Position numbers and translations under genes: made by a program. A stretch of DNA of 64,000 bases from Thermoplasmatales archaeon (lineage in GTDB: Archaea > Thermoplasmatota > Thermoplasmata > Thermoplasmatales > GCA-001856825), in assembly GCA_038729485.1 (NCBI GenBank), contig JAVYRX010000001.1:44890-108889 (forward strand). The letters are read 5' to 3'. Under the pieces are notes generated by a model. The model did not search any database, was not told where the DNA came from, and was given only the letters and a program-made list of their open reading frames with translations. Positions within the stretch are counted from its first letter, which is position 1; each line of letters begins with the position of its first letter. Below, piece after piece: positions 53,360 through 62,789 of this stretch.

Positions 53360-53914
53360 TCAAAACATTGACAAGAAATCTGAAGTCGAAATGACTGGTA
53401 GGAGCAGGGACATATTTTTTAAACTTCTCTCATGTGCGTCCTTGTCTCGTGACGACACGGCATCCCTTACGACAAGAGGTATAAAACCTAAATTCTGGGC
53501 GTGCCTAACGGACGTTTCAATGCCAATCTCAGTCGCTATACCCGTAAAGAACAAAGAATTGATGCCCGCATTTCTGACCATGAGTTCAAAGTTGGTCCCT
53601 ATAAAGATGCTGGCAGTGTTTTTGTTTATTACGATATCGCTGCTCGTAGGGTAGACCTCTTTCACGATATCACCCGGTTCGAATTTTCCGTACCCGGCAA
53701 CCTTTCGCAGGGGTGACTCGAATTGCGATGGAAGCAGGGTTATCTTCGTGTAAAAAATAGGTATCTTAACCGTACGTGCTTTCTCTATTACTTCCCTCAA
53801 ATTACTTAGGAATTCCTGCTTGTTAAATATGCTAGATACAAGCGCTTCCTGCACGTCCCATACGATAATCGCACTATTCTCCTTTCTTATTAAATTTCCA
53901 AGAGTCTTAAACAT
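53360..53914 (-). CDS. isochorismatase-family hydrolase (Gly at the usual nucleophile-Cys position)
   Basis: 184 aa. AIIVWDVQ (Asp), VINKNTASIF (Lys), FFTGIATEIGIETSVRHA where the family consensus has G-x-x-T-x-x-C-V. The Gly codon is at 53522-53524. Confidence 0.75.
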   Translation of the reverse strand: MFKTLGNLIRKENSAIIVWDVQEALVSSIFNKQEFLSNLREVIEKARTVKIPIFYTKITLLPSQFESPLRKVAGYGKFEPGDIVKEVYPTSSDIVINKNTASIFIGTNFELMVRNAGINSLFFTGIATEIGIETSVRHAQNLGFIPLVVRDAVSSRDKDAHERSLKNMSLLLPVISTSDFLSMF

Positions 53915-54158
53915 AATGTAGTAGTGTAATGAAAAGCAAATATTTTTTCTATTACCTTAGTTTTCCTCTTCCTTCTCTTTGAAATTTAGTAGGCTGCAAT
54001 TTATATAACTTACGAATACGCAGAAACTTTATTTGTATAATTTCCTTTGATTCTTTCGGAATAGGCGAAATTTGCCTGTATGTAAAGGTTTATAGGTTTC
54101 TATACGAATGCATTTGCTGAGTAAACTTAAGAACATCAAGAGGAAATTTTCTGATTGA

Positions 54159-54671
54159 ATTATCAATATAATTTTAACACGAGCACTGAGGGGAGGTGAG
54201 ATATGCAATCTGATAATTGAGGATATTCATGACGACTACAGATCGCTAATAGGGAAATGATCCAATAGGAGAGACGTATATCTCCCTCTCGATACCAAGG
54301 AGACCCTAGACAATTACCTAAGGGTGAGGATCCTTGGGGAATCTCCGTACATATCCAGGAAAGGCAAGATAACGAATGCCTATATGGGTTCTATTGCCCA
54401 TGATATTTCAAGGAAGGCAGGGATCCGATTCTCATGGCATAGGGCACGTCACACCTACGCAAAATCGATGGTAAGGGACGGAATAGATCTCGAAACCCTA
54501 AGGCTAATGCTAGGTCACGAGAGGTTGCAAACAACACAGATCTACGCACTGAAGGACCAGGAAGAGGCTCTGGACGAGATCCGTAGGAAGAAGCCTAGTT
54601 TTTTTGAAAACGGTAAAAGGTTCAAATCCCCTCCACCCTGTAGCATTGTCGATGGACCGGCGGGGATTTGA
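54159..54671 (+). pseudogene. tyrosine recombinase/integrase remnant (catalytic domain only, in-frame stop)
   Basis: One reading frame gives IILTRALRGGEICNLIIEDIHDDYRSLIGK*SNRRDVYLPLDTKETLDNYLRVR...WHRARHTYAKSMVRDGIDLETLRLMLGHERLQTTQIYA. It has the R...HxxR...H...Y catalytic signature, an in-frame TGA at 54258-54260, and no N-terminal domain (stop at 54156-54158). The 3' tail runs into tRNA-Ala. Confidence 0.65.
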
Positions 54672-54724
54672 ACCCCGGGCCTCCTCCATGCCAAGGAGGC
54701 GATCTTCCGCTGATCTACCGGCCC
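54653..54724 (-). tRNA. tRNA-Ala (anticodon GGC)
   Basis: The reverse complement is GGGCCGG-TA-GATC-AGCGGAA-GATC-G-CCTCC-TTGGCAT-GGAGG-AGGCC-CGGGG-TTCAAAT-CCCCG-CCGGTCC-A. The G3:U70 identity pair is present. TTTATATTT lies about 24 nt upstream (plus 54744-54752). Confidence 0.9.
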
Positions 54725-55206
54725 CTGCCTCTTACTTCACTCAAATATAAAACAATTCTCATTGCGGTTTCGAAAATAAGTTTCGTTTGAGTTGTTTCTA
54801 GTTTTCCTAGCCCATAAATACATTAACTATTCGAGTTGATTAGCGGCTATCCAAAATTAAGTTGTTGAAATATCTCGCTATATATTATGTGTAGGGGGAA
54901 ATTCAGGGAGTTTCTGACAAAGAACTTCTTTAATTCCTACGGATCCCTGGGGTCTTTTGCTGAAAGTGAGCCTTGTGAGCACACAGGGATATGCTTAAGC
55001 GACGCTTCCCAGTCTATAGCTGGGCACATGTATGTAATATGTGCAAGCACCTGAATATCAGATCATTTGCTCAACTGTTGTTACCGAAACATTTTGGATT
55101 AACTTTAAGGAAATAAAAGAGAATATGTGAGCTGTTTCCGGATTTCCTGACATTGTTTCCCAAAGATATACTGAACACTCTATATACTGATCCTCAATTA
55201 ACCCAC

Positions 55207-56109
55207 ATGAGCGGCTTCCTCAGGGAATTTTTTGTCATGACGAAGCCAAGGGTCTGGGTCTTCTTGCTCCTCACGGGAATAGCAGGAGAGGTTTTTTCCC
55301 TCTCTGTCCAAAGAAGGCTTGACATTTTAGGATTCATTTTCGTCGCAATATACATAACGCTTGGCCTGATGGGAGCCGAATCTGTCTCAAATTACTTTGA
55401 TCTTCCTATAGACAAGATCATGAAAAGGACTATGAACAGGCCACTCCCATCCGGGAGGTTGAAACCACAGGTGGCCCTCTACGGCGGGCTGATATTGATT
55501 ATTTTGATGTTGATTATGGCTCTGTATCAAAGCCTGCTGTCATTCCTGTTCATGGCAACAGGCGTCTTCGACTACACTATAATATATGCCTTTCTAACTA
55601 AAAGAAAGACCTACTGGAACATAATTCTTGGAGCATACTCCGGTGGGGCACCCTTGCTAGCTGGGTTCTATGCGTTCTCTCACACGTTCAATGCTGTTGC
55701 AATATTGCTTTTTGCTGCCATATTAATTTGGACTCCTCTACATATATGGACTCTCTCCATAAGATATATGGATGACTACTCAAGAGCCTCTGTTCCAATG
55801 CTCCCCGTTGTGTTCGGTAAGAGAAAAACCATGATGATCCTCCTGCCGGTATCCATTATGGTAACAATTGTTTCTATTTTGACAGGTTTAGAAATGATGA
55901 CTTATTTTAATCTAGGCTTAGGTATTGCCGTTCTCACTGTTTTTGCCGCCCTAGGCATCTACATACTTTTATCATATCTTAGAGCCTTTCTCTCGACAGA
56001 AAAGAGAATTATGAAATTATTTGCCTCTACGAATGCATTCATTGGGTCCTTCTTTATCGCAGTTGCTATATTCTCGTTATTGATTCCGTTTTTCGGTGTG
56101 ATAAAATGA
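55207..56109 (+). CDS. ctaB: protoheme IX farnesyltransferase (heme O synthase, UbiA family)
   Basis: MSGFLREFFVMTKPRVWVFLLLTGIAG..., NYFDLPIDKIMKRTMNRPLPSG (Asp-rich UbiA motif). I prefer the ATG at 55207. The track start at 55153 is a TTG. Confidence 0.8.
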   Translation: MSGFLREFFVMTKPRVWVFLLLTGIAGEVFSLSVQRRLDILGFIFVAIYITLGLMGAESVSNYFDLPIDKIMKRTMNRPLPSGRLKPQVALYGGLILIILMLIMALYQSLLSFLFMATGVFDYTIIYAFLTKRKTYWNIILGAYSGGAPLLAGFYAFSHTFNAVAILLFAAILIWTPLHIWTLSIRYMDDYSRASVPMLPVVFGKRKTMMILLPVSIMVTIVSILTGLEMMTYFNLGLGIAVLTVFAALGIYILLSYLRAFLSTEKRIMKLFASTNAFIGSFFIAVAIFSLLIPFFGVIK

Positions 56110-56804
56110 AAACTGAGCAAGTTTATCTTATCGACCCATACATGAAGGAGATTGATGCCACTGTGATCGCCGTCAACGACGGGGTCGTACTCGATAGGAC
56201 TATATTTTATGCGGCGTCAGGCGGGCAGCCTTCAGACACTGGATGGATGGAAGGGAGAGGAAGATACGAGATAAAGGATGTTGTAAAAAGGGATGAAATA
56301 TTTCATATCGCCCAGCCAGTTCCTGATATCGATGAAAGAGTGAAGTTGCAAATCGACTGGGACAAGAGATACAAGCACATGAGACTCCATACTGCCATTC
56401 ATGTGGTGTCTGCAATAGCTATGAAGGAGTTCAACGCTATGATAACAGGAAACCAGATATATTTTGAGTATGCTAGGATAGATTTCAATTTTAGAGAATG
56501 GAATCCTGAAATAACAAAGAAACTTCAGGAAAGAGCCAATGAGGAGCTGAAGAAGAATCAACCTGTGGAGTGGTTCATGATGAAAAGGGATGACGTTTTA
56601 GGAATAGAAGGGTCGGTAAAAGTCGATCCTAGGTTGATTCCAGAATCTGATATTCTTAGGGTCGTCAAGATAGGGGACGTTGACATTCAACCTGACGGCG
56701 GCACTCATGTCAGGAATACATCAGAAGTTGGAACAATAGAAATTTACAAGACAGAAAACAAGGGAAAAAACAATAAGAGAATGTATTTCGACGTTCATAG
56801 ATGA
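56106..56804 (+). CDS. AlaX-like tRNA editing-domain protein (second paralog, Asp in place of the zinc-motif Cys)
   Basis: 232 aa, ATGA overlap with the ctaB stop. HTAIHVVSA (HxxxH) is present, but IQPDGGTHV reads DxxxH instead of CxxxH. Confidence 0.75.
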   Translation: MKTEQVYLIDPYMKEIDATVIAVNDGVVLDRTIFYAASGGQPSDTGWMEGRGRYEIKDVVKRDEIFHIAQPVPDIDERVKLQIDWDKRYKHMRLHTAIHVVSAIAMKEFNAMITGNQIYFEYARIDFNFREWNPEITKKLQERANEELKKNQPVEWFMMKRDDVLGIEGSVKVDPRLIPESDILRVVKIGDVDIQPDGGTHVRNTSEVGTIEIYKTENKGKNNKRMYFDVHR

Positions 56805-57892
56805 AACTGTGAAAAGAAACCTTTCTCATTCTTGAACTGTTCCAGCAGCTCCCTTTGTTTCTTGGATACCCTCTTTGGGATCATGATCTTAACGATGAGG
56901 ATGATGTCTGCATTCCCTTTCCCTGATTTCTTTGGTATTCCTTCGCCTTTTAGTACAACCCTGTCGTTCGGCTGCGTACCAGCAGGTATTTCTACTTCCT
57001 TCTCGCCTCTCAACAAAGATACCTTGACCTTGCTTCCCAATATTGCATCTGTGAAGTCTACGGATATTTCCTTGAGGAGATTGTCCCCCTCCCGGGTAAA
57101 TTCCATGTAATCGATATTGAATTTTATCCTTAGATCTCCAGAGCCCCCCCTCCTGTAATTTCCTTTGTCACGAAGAATGTATAATTCTTCCTCGTTTACC
57201 CCAGGCGGAGGGAAAATTTCGATCTTGTCCTTCCTCCTCACAAATCCTAGGCCTTGGCAGTCATTACATATTTTCTCAGGCACCTTACCGGTACCCCTGC
57301 AAGTCGGACACACCTCAGTAGTCCTGAACATTATAAATCCTTGGTTTGACGTCCTCTCTACGTATCCCCGTCCTCTACAGGTTGGACATGTTAAAAGTTT
57401 TCCAGTGGCAGAACCCGTACCCTTGCACGTCTCGCATCTAACTTCCCTATAGTATGATGCCTCGATCTTCTCGTTTCTGGCAATTCTTCTTATGTCTATC
57501 GGTATTTCTATGTAGACGTCGTTTCCCCTTGATTCCATTTGTTGGTGGGTGAATCCACCGAAACCTCCGAAATTCCGGCCAAAACCAAACTGCGAAAACA
57601 GGTCACCGATGATATCCTCTATATCCTGATAATGATGGAATTGACTCCAGTCAAACCCGCCCTGGAACTTTACTCCCTCTTCCCCGTACTGATCATATCG
57701 CGCTCTCTTCTGATCATCCATTAGAACTTCGTATGCCTCTGATATTTCCTTGAACTTTTCTTCTGCTTCTTTTTTATTATTCGGATTCAAATCTGGATGA
57801 TACTTCTTAGCTAGCTCCCTGTAAGCCTTCTTTATCTCATCTTTCGACGCGTTCCTGTTAACACCTAGGATGGCATAGTAGTCCTTCGCCAT
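56795..57892 (-). CDS. dnaJ: chaperone DnaJ (Hsp40)
   Basis: 365 aa. J-domain DYYAILGV...YHPD, Gly-rich linker, four CxxCxGxG repeats. Confidence 0.95.
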   Translation of the reverse strand: MAKDYYAILGVNRNASKDEIKKAYRELAKKYHPDLNPNNKKEAEEKFKEISEAYEVLMDDQKRARYDQYGEEGVKFQGGFDWSQFHHYQDIEDIIGDLFSQFGFGRNFGGFGGFTHQQMESRGNDVYIEIPIDIRRIARNEKIEASYYREVRCETCKGTGSATGKLLTCPTCRGRGYVERTSNQGFIMFRTTEVCPTCRGTGKVPEKICNDCQGLGFVRRKDKIEIFPPPGVNEEELYILRDKGNYRRGGSGDLRIKFNIDYMEFTREGDNLLKEISVDFTDAILGSKVKVSLLRGEKEVEIPAGTQPNDRVVLKGEGIPKKSGKGNADIILIVKIMIPKRVSKKQRELLEQFKNEKGFFSQFHL

Positions 57893-57905
57893 TTAAACCA
57901 GCAGT

Positions 57906-59747
57906 TCATTGTCCCTTATTTTCTTTATCTTCGTGAATCTCTCTCTCATTTTCATTCGTGCCTGAACCTTGCGACGCCTGACCTGTCGCCTGTCCCTCGT
58001 TGACGTTCTTGTATATGTGCTCCCCTATCTTCTGAATTTCCTTGGATAGGGACTCCATGCGTTCCTTTATGGCTTGCGTGTCCTTCTTCTCGATCGACTC
58101 CTTGAGATCCTTCAGCTTTGAGTTGATGCCGTCCTTAACGTCTTGAGGTATTTTGTCCGCGTATTCGTTGAGAGTCCTTTCTGTGGAATATGCAAGTGAC
58201 TCAGCACTGTTCAGTGTTTCTATTTCCTCCTTCTTTTTCTTGTCCTCTTCTTCGTACTTCTTTGCTTCCTGCTTCATTCTCTCTATATCTTCCTTGCTCA
58301 GCTTAGTGCTTGATGTTATTGTTATTCCCCTCTGCTTATTTGTGGCCAGATCCTTGGCAGTGACATTTAGGATTCCGTTCGAATCTATGTCAAACGTAAC
58401 CTCTATCTGCGGTATGCCCCTCGGTGCAGGAGGTATACCATCAAGCATGAACCTACCCAGCGATGTATTGTCCTTTGCAAGCGGTCTCTCTCCTTGTACT
58501 ATGACTATCTCCACCGCAGTTTGATTATCAGCTGCGGTCGTGAACACCTGTGATTTCTTGGTTGGTATAGTGGTATTGGCCGGAATCAATGGAGTGGCAA
58601 CCCCTCCCAGGGTTTCTATACTTAGTGTAAGTGGCGTAACATCAAGAAGAACTATGCCCTTAACGTCACCAGCGAGTACTGCGCCTTCAATGGAAGCTCC
58701 GATTGCTACGCATTCCATTGGATCTACCCCGCTCTCAACGCTCCTTCCCATGAAATCTTCGACGAATTTCCTGACTAGTGGCATCCTGGTTGGCCCCCCG
58801 ACCAGTATAACCTTTGTGATATCCCCCTTGGTTAGCTTGGCAGCACTTATTGCATCCTCCATAGGCTTTCTTGCCCTTTCAATGATTGGCCTTACGAGGT
58901 TCTCAAGGTCAGCCCTCGTAACATTCATCAAAAGATGCTTTGGTCCGTCAGCTCCGCTCGTTATGTATGGAAGATTTATCTCAGTGGAAAGGGAGGTTGA
59001 TAATTCTATCTTCGCTTTCTCTGATGCGTCCCTTAGCCTTATGTACGCATTCCTGTCTTTTTTTAGATCAATGCCGTTTTCCTGAAGGAACTTGTCAGCA
59101 ATATAGTTCAGCAGAGCCTCATCCATGTCCGTTCCGCCCAGCTTGGTGTCCCCAGAAGTTGAAAGAACTTCATATACGCCGGAACTGAATTCCATTATCG
59201 TGACGTCGAGTGTCCCCCCGCCTAGATCAAATACCATTATTCTGTGTTCCCCCTCCGTTTTGTCTATTCCATATGCGAGGGCAGCTGCAGTAGGTTCATT
59301 TATGATCCTCACCACGTCGAGCCCCGCTATAGCGCCTGCGTCTTTTGTTGCCTGTCTCTGGTTGTCGTTAAAATATGCTGGCACGGTTATAACGGCCTTA
59401 CTTATCTTTTCTCCTAGATACTTCTCCGCATCGTCTCTTATCTTTTGAAGCAAGAACGCAGAGAGCTGTTGCGGGGTGTACTCTTTCCCGTGCAGCTTGA
59501 ACTTGTAATTTTCACCCATTCTCCTTTTAAAAGCATAGGCCGTGCCTTCGGGATTCATGAGAGCCTGCCTTCTTGCCGGCTCTCCCACAAGGAGCTGGCC
59601 GTCCTTGGTGAAAGCTACATAACTTGGGAAGGCCTTACCGCCTATTGTTGTCCCCTCTGAGCTGGGCAGGACAACTGGCTTACCGGCTATCATAACGGCC
59701 GCCTGCGAGTTGCTGGTTCCGAGATCAATACCTATTATCTTCTCCAT
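57906..59747 (-). CDS. dnaK: chaperone DnaK (Hsp70)
   Basis: [41 protein letters not shown] use the ATG at 59747 ([10 protein letters not shown]). The track GTG at 59756 would overlap grpE. Confidence 0.95.
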   Translation of the reverse strand: MEKIIGIDLGTSNSQAAVMIAGKPVVLPSSEGTTIGGKAFPSYVAFTKDGQLLVGEPARRQALMNPEGTAYAFKRRMGENYKFKLHGKEYTPQQLSAFLLQKIRDDAEKYLGEKISKAVITVPAYFNDNQRQATKDAGAIAGLDVVRIINEPTAAALAYGIDKTEGEHRIMVFDLGGGTLDVTIMEFSSGVYEVLSTSGDTKLGGTDMDEALLNYIADKFLQENGIDLKKDRNAYIRLRDASEKAKIELSTSLSTEINLPYITSGADGPKHLLMNVTRADLENLVRPIIERARKPMEDAISAAKLTKGDITKVILVGGPTRMPLVRKFVEDFMGRSVESGVDPMECVAIGASIEGAVLAGDVKGIVLLDVTPLTLSIETLGGVATPLIPANTTIPTKKSQVFTTAADNQTAVEIVIVQGERPLAKDNTSLGRFMLDGIPPAPRGIPQIEVTFDIDSNGILNVTAKDLATNKQRGITITSSTKLSKEDIERMKQEAKKYEEEDKKKKEEIETLNSAESLAYSTERTLNEYADKIPQDVKDGINSKLKDLKESIEKKDTQAIKERMESLSKEIQKIGEHIYKNVNEGQATGQASQGSGTNENEREIHEDKENKGQ

Positions 59748-59748
59748 G

Positions 59749-60231
59749 CTAATCACCCTTGTTAATAATCACCAGTTCAGGTCGTATTACTTTCCCCCTG
59801 AGCATGTATCCCTTTCTGACTACCTTGTTTATCACGTTGGCTTTCCCCCCATCCTCAACGCCTACGACTTCGTGCTTGTTTGGATCGAATATTTCCTTGT
59901 CGTCAATGGCGCTTAACCCCTCTTTCTCCAATACGCTCTCAATTTGTTTCCTGATTGCTTTCACCCCGTCATCGGCTGCGTTCTCCATTGAATCCAAGAC
60001 GGGCAGCAATTCCTTGATAAGTCGCTCTGAGGCATATGCTGCAAGGGCCTCCTGTTCCTCTTTCATCCTTTTCTGGAAGTTATCAAGGTCTGCTGCGAAC
60101 CTAAAGTTCTGTTCTTTCAGTTCTTTTATGGCATTTTCCTTATCTACCAAAGTCTGCTGCATAGCTTTTACACGCTCGGTGCAGTCGGAAAGTGACTGTT
60201 TCAGAGACCTGTAATACGATACGCCTGGCAC
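59749..60231 (-). CDS. grpE: nucleotide exchange factor GrpE
   Basis: 160 aa, GTG start. [16 protein letters not shown]...LPVLDSME...FDPNKHEVV...[15 protein letters not shown]. Confidence 0.9.
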   Translation of the reverse strand: MPGVSYYRSLKQSLSDCTERVKAMQQTLVDKENAIKELKEQNFRFAADLDNFQKRMKEEQEALAAYASERLIKELLPVLDSMENAADDGVKAIRKQIESVLEKEGLSAIDDKEIFDPNKHEVVGVEDGGKANVINKVVRKGYMLRGKVIRPELVIINKGD

Positions 60232-60364
60232 TTTTCGAAATTTTGCACTTCTATAATAATGTTTTCAAAGGAGCCTCTCCACAACAAAAAATGGATCACA
60301 TGAATGACTAAAAAGAGAACACAAATAATGGAGCATCCAAGAAGCATGAGCAAACAATAATAGT

Positions 60365-61282
60365 ATGCTTTCATTGCAGATGACTGAGATGCCAAGTGTG
60401 AGAGAGAGCTCATTGTTTCCGCAAATAGTTAGCCTTATGCTTTTCATATTGTCGTCTATATTCGCCGTATACCTGGCTAGTATAGCACTAGCTTACGAGC
60501 CATCGATAACACCAAAATCAACGACGACTGGTGCGTACTACATTCTCTATTATCTTGCTGTTGCATTGATATTTTCCTTTCTACTGCTATTCCTTGGAAG
60601 AAAATACAAATTGAACTTCCTGAAATGGCTCTTTGTCGCAATGATAGGCATAGTGGTTTTCTACGTATGGAGCTACCTGGGTCTGGAATTAGCCAGCACG
60701 TATCCCCAGTATTACGCTATGATCATCTTGGCTCCGGTTATAACGGTCCTGGCTCTGGTCTTGTATGGCAGATGGTTTGTAATTGATATAGCTGGATTTT
60801 TCCTGTGCGCAGGAATGGCATTCATTTTGGGAATACTCCTCGGTATCTGGGCGGCAGCTATCTTCCTGGCGGTATTCGCAATTTACGACTACGTCTCGGT
60901 TTACAAAACTAAGCACATGGTAGGCCTTGCCAAAATGGCGCTGGACCTGGACCTTCCCATGCTTTTCATTTTCCCTTCCGAACCCACTTCCGGCCAAGTC
61001 AAAATTGAACTGACCGACGAGGGAGTTAAAGAGCACAGCGCGATGGCATTAGGATTCGGAGATATAGCGTTCCCAGGCATCATGGTCGTTGCCTCGTGGG
61101 TGTATGGAAGGGGTGTTGGTTTTTCCATTCCTTTCCTTATCTTGCCCCTCCTTGGCGGGATAGTAGGGATGCTATATCTCATGTTTGGAAACGTGAAGAA
61201 ACCTGCACCGGGGCTTCCATTTTTGAATACCGGCGTCATAGCTGGCTCTTTGCTTGCATACCTCATATTTGTGGTTCGTTGA
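60365..61282 (+). CDS. presenilin/signal-peptide-peptidase homolog (GxGD intramembrane aspartyl protease)
   Basis: 305 aa, about 9 TM helices. YD motif (FAIYDYVSVY), GxGD motif (ALGFGDIAFPG), PAL-like PGLPFLN. Confidence 0.7.
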   Translation: MLSLQMTEMPSVRESSLFPQIVSLMLFILSSIFAVYLASIALAYEPSITPKSTTTGAYYILYYLAVALIFSFLLLFLGRKYKLNFLKWLFVAMIGIVVFYVWSYLGLELASTYPQYYAMIILAPVITVLALVLYGRWFVIDIAGFFLCAGMAFILGILLGIWAAAIFLAVFAIYDYVSVYKTKHMVGLAKMALDLDLPMLFIFPSEPTSGQVKIELTDEGVKEHSAMALGFGDIAFPGIMVVASWVYGRGVGFSIPFLILPLLGGIVGMLYLMFGNVKKPAPGLPFLNTGVIAGSLLAYLIFVVR

Positions 61283-61283
61283 C

Positions 61284-62741
61284 CTATTTCTCATTGGAGA
61301 CTCCGATCGAAGGTTCGTGCCTGTTCTCTGACCCCCTTACAAATGAGAATATTCCAGAAACTGCAAGCATCGCTAGCAAGACAAGGAAAGACGCTTTCAT
61401 ACCCGAGACAAATCCGCCTCCCACCCCTCCGATCACTTTCGAAGTTCCTGCAAATATTTCAAACGCAAGATATCTCGGAATAGCTGTAGCTGCTGAAACA
61501 AATGCTATTATGAAGCTTCCTATTAGACCAAGGTTTCCAAGTAGCCTTAACGTGCCTGACGCCGCACCCCTCAATTCTCCAGAGACATTGGCCATAACTG
61601 CACTGTTGTTGGCAGGCCAGAACATTGATCCTCCAAAGCCTGTTATTATTGTACCTATTACTATGTAGTATAGAGGGGAGCTTACAGTCAACAACGTAAC
61701 ATAGTAAATCACGCCTGCCATCATGAATGCGATGCCGACTGTCGCTATAATCATAGATCCGAATCTATCAGAAAGTCTGCCCATAAAAGGGGATAGCACG
61801 GAGCTCACTATATATCCTGGAAATAATAGAAGGGAGGCATCAAAAGGTGTTAAGCCCCTTACCCCCTGCAGGTACATAATCAACAGGAACGTTACCCCCA
61901 TGAAACCTAGGCCCTGGAAAAGACTCGCAAGTAGTGAATTCTTGAAGACCCTATTTCTGAACATCAAAAAATTTATGGTTGGCACCTTGACCCTCCTGTC
62001 CACGAAGATGAATGCAAATAGTGAGGCAATTCCGCCAAGAAGCATTGACATATTTAAGGAAGAAAGCCCTCTTGAGGCATAATCTATGCCAGCGTATGAT
62101 ATCATTGCTATTGCGACACCGAGAAGAACCATCCCCGGAAAGTCTAACGATTCTTTCCTACTGTTCCTGTCTACTATGTACCTTATGCCCAGAATAGTAG
62201 CAATGATTCCTATTGGAACGTTAATGAAGAATATGTATCTATAGCCAATAAAAGTAGTTATAACGCCTCCGAGTATTATACCCAGAAGAGCTCCTATGTT
62301 CCAGCTCATTGATGTGAACCCGTATGCTCTTCCTATCCTGTTTCTTGCAAATGTATCCGCTATGATGGCGCTGCTGTTTGAAGATATTAATGCCCCTCCG
62401 ATCGCCTGGATTCCTCTGAAAGATATGAGTGAGATATCGGTCGGGGCAATCCCACACAGGAAAGAGGAGATCGTGAATACTACGAATCCAATATTGAACA
62501 TCTTTGCCCTTCCGTATATGTCGCCTATTCTTCCGAACTGAGTTGAAAATACTGCTACCACGATCATATAAATGAGAATGACCCAAATGATAGTTGATAT
62601 GTTAGAGTGCAGTGCTGCGGTTATTGCTGGGAAAGCGAGAAGCACTATGGTGGAGTCAATGGATGCCATCAGGGTACCTATTACAATGACTGTGAGTATA
62701 AGATTCTCGTTTATCTTTTCCTTTGCATCGTAAGAATTCAT
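61284..62741 (-). CDS. MFS transporter (DHA2-like, 14 TM)
   Basis: 485 aa. FGRIGDIYGRAK and GRLSDRFGS loop motifs. Confidence 0.85.
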   Translation of the reverse strand: MNSYDAKEKINENLILTVIVIGTLMASIDSTIVLLAFPAITAALHSNISTIIWVILIYMIVVAVFSTQFGRIGDIYGRAKMFNIGFVVFTISSFLCGIAPTDISLISFRGIQAIGGALISSNSSAIIADTFARNRIGRAYGFTSMSWNIGALLGIILGGVITTFIGYRYIFFINVPIGIIATILGIRYIVDRNSRKESLDFPGMVLLGVAIAMISYAGIDYASRGLSSLNMSMLLGGIASLFAFIFVDRRVKVPTINFLMFRNRVFKNSLLASLFQGLGFMGVTFLLIMYLQGVRGLTPFDASLLLFPGYIVSSVLSPFMGRLSDRFGSMIIATVGIAFMMAGVIYYVTLLTVSSPLYYIVIGTIITGFGGSMFWPANNSAVMANVSGELRGAASGTLRLLGNLGLIGSFIIAFVSAATAIPRYLAFEIFAGTSKVIGGVGGGFVSGMKASFLVLLAMLAVSGIFSFVRGSENRHEPSIGVSNEK

Positions 62742-62789
62742 TGCCTCGCTAACATTAACGAGTGAAAAAATGTTACCTATGTAATAAAA

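Noticed and set aside
54258-54260. Reading the in-frame TGA of the integrase as selenocysteine or readthrough
   Set aside because: No SECIS-like context is apparent, the N-terminal half of the gene is missing anyway, and a pseudogene is the simpler explanation.
54887-55054. 55-codon plus-strand ORF with four Cys (MCRGKFREFL...ICAST) between tRNA-Ala and ctaB
   Set aside because: The Cys spacing is not a recognisable zinc-ribbon pattern and no homology is recalled. It cannot be supported as a gene from sequence alone.
58153-60214. Ser/Phe/Leu-rich plus-strand ORFs (58153-58524, 58540-59085, 59125-59448, 59759-60214) opposite dnaK/grpE
   Set aside because: They are typical antisense shadows of Glu/Lys/Asp-rich chaperone genes.
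61096-61668. 190-aa plus-strand ORF spanning the presenilin-homolog end and the MFS gene antisense
   Set aside because: It is out of frame with the presenilin homolog, antisense to a clear MFS transporter, and proline/serine-rich junk.
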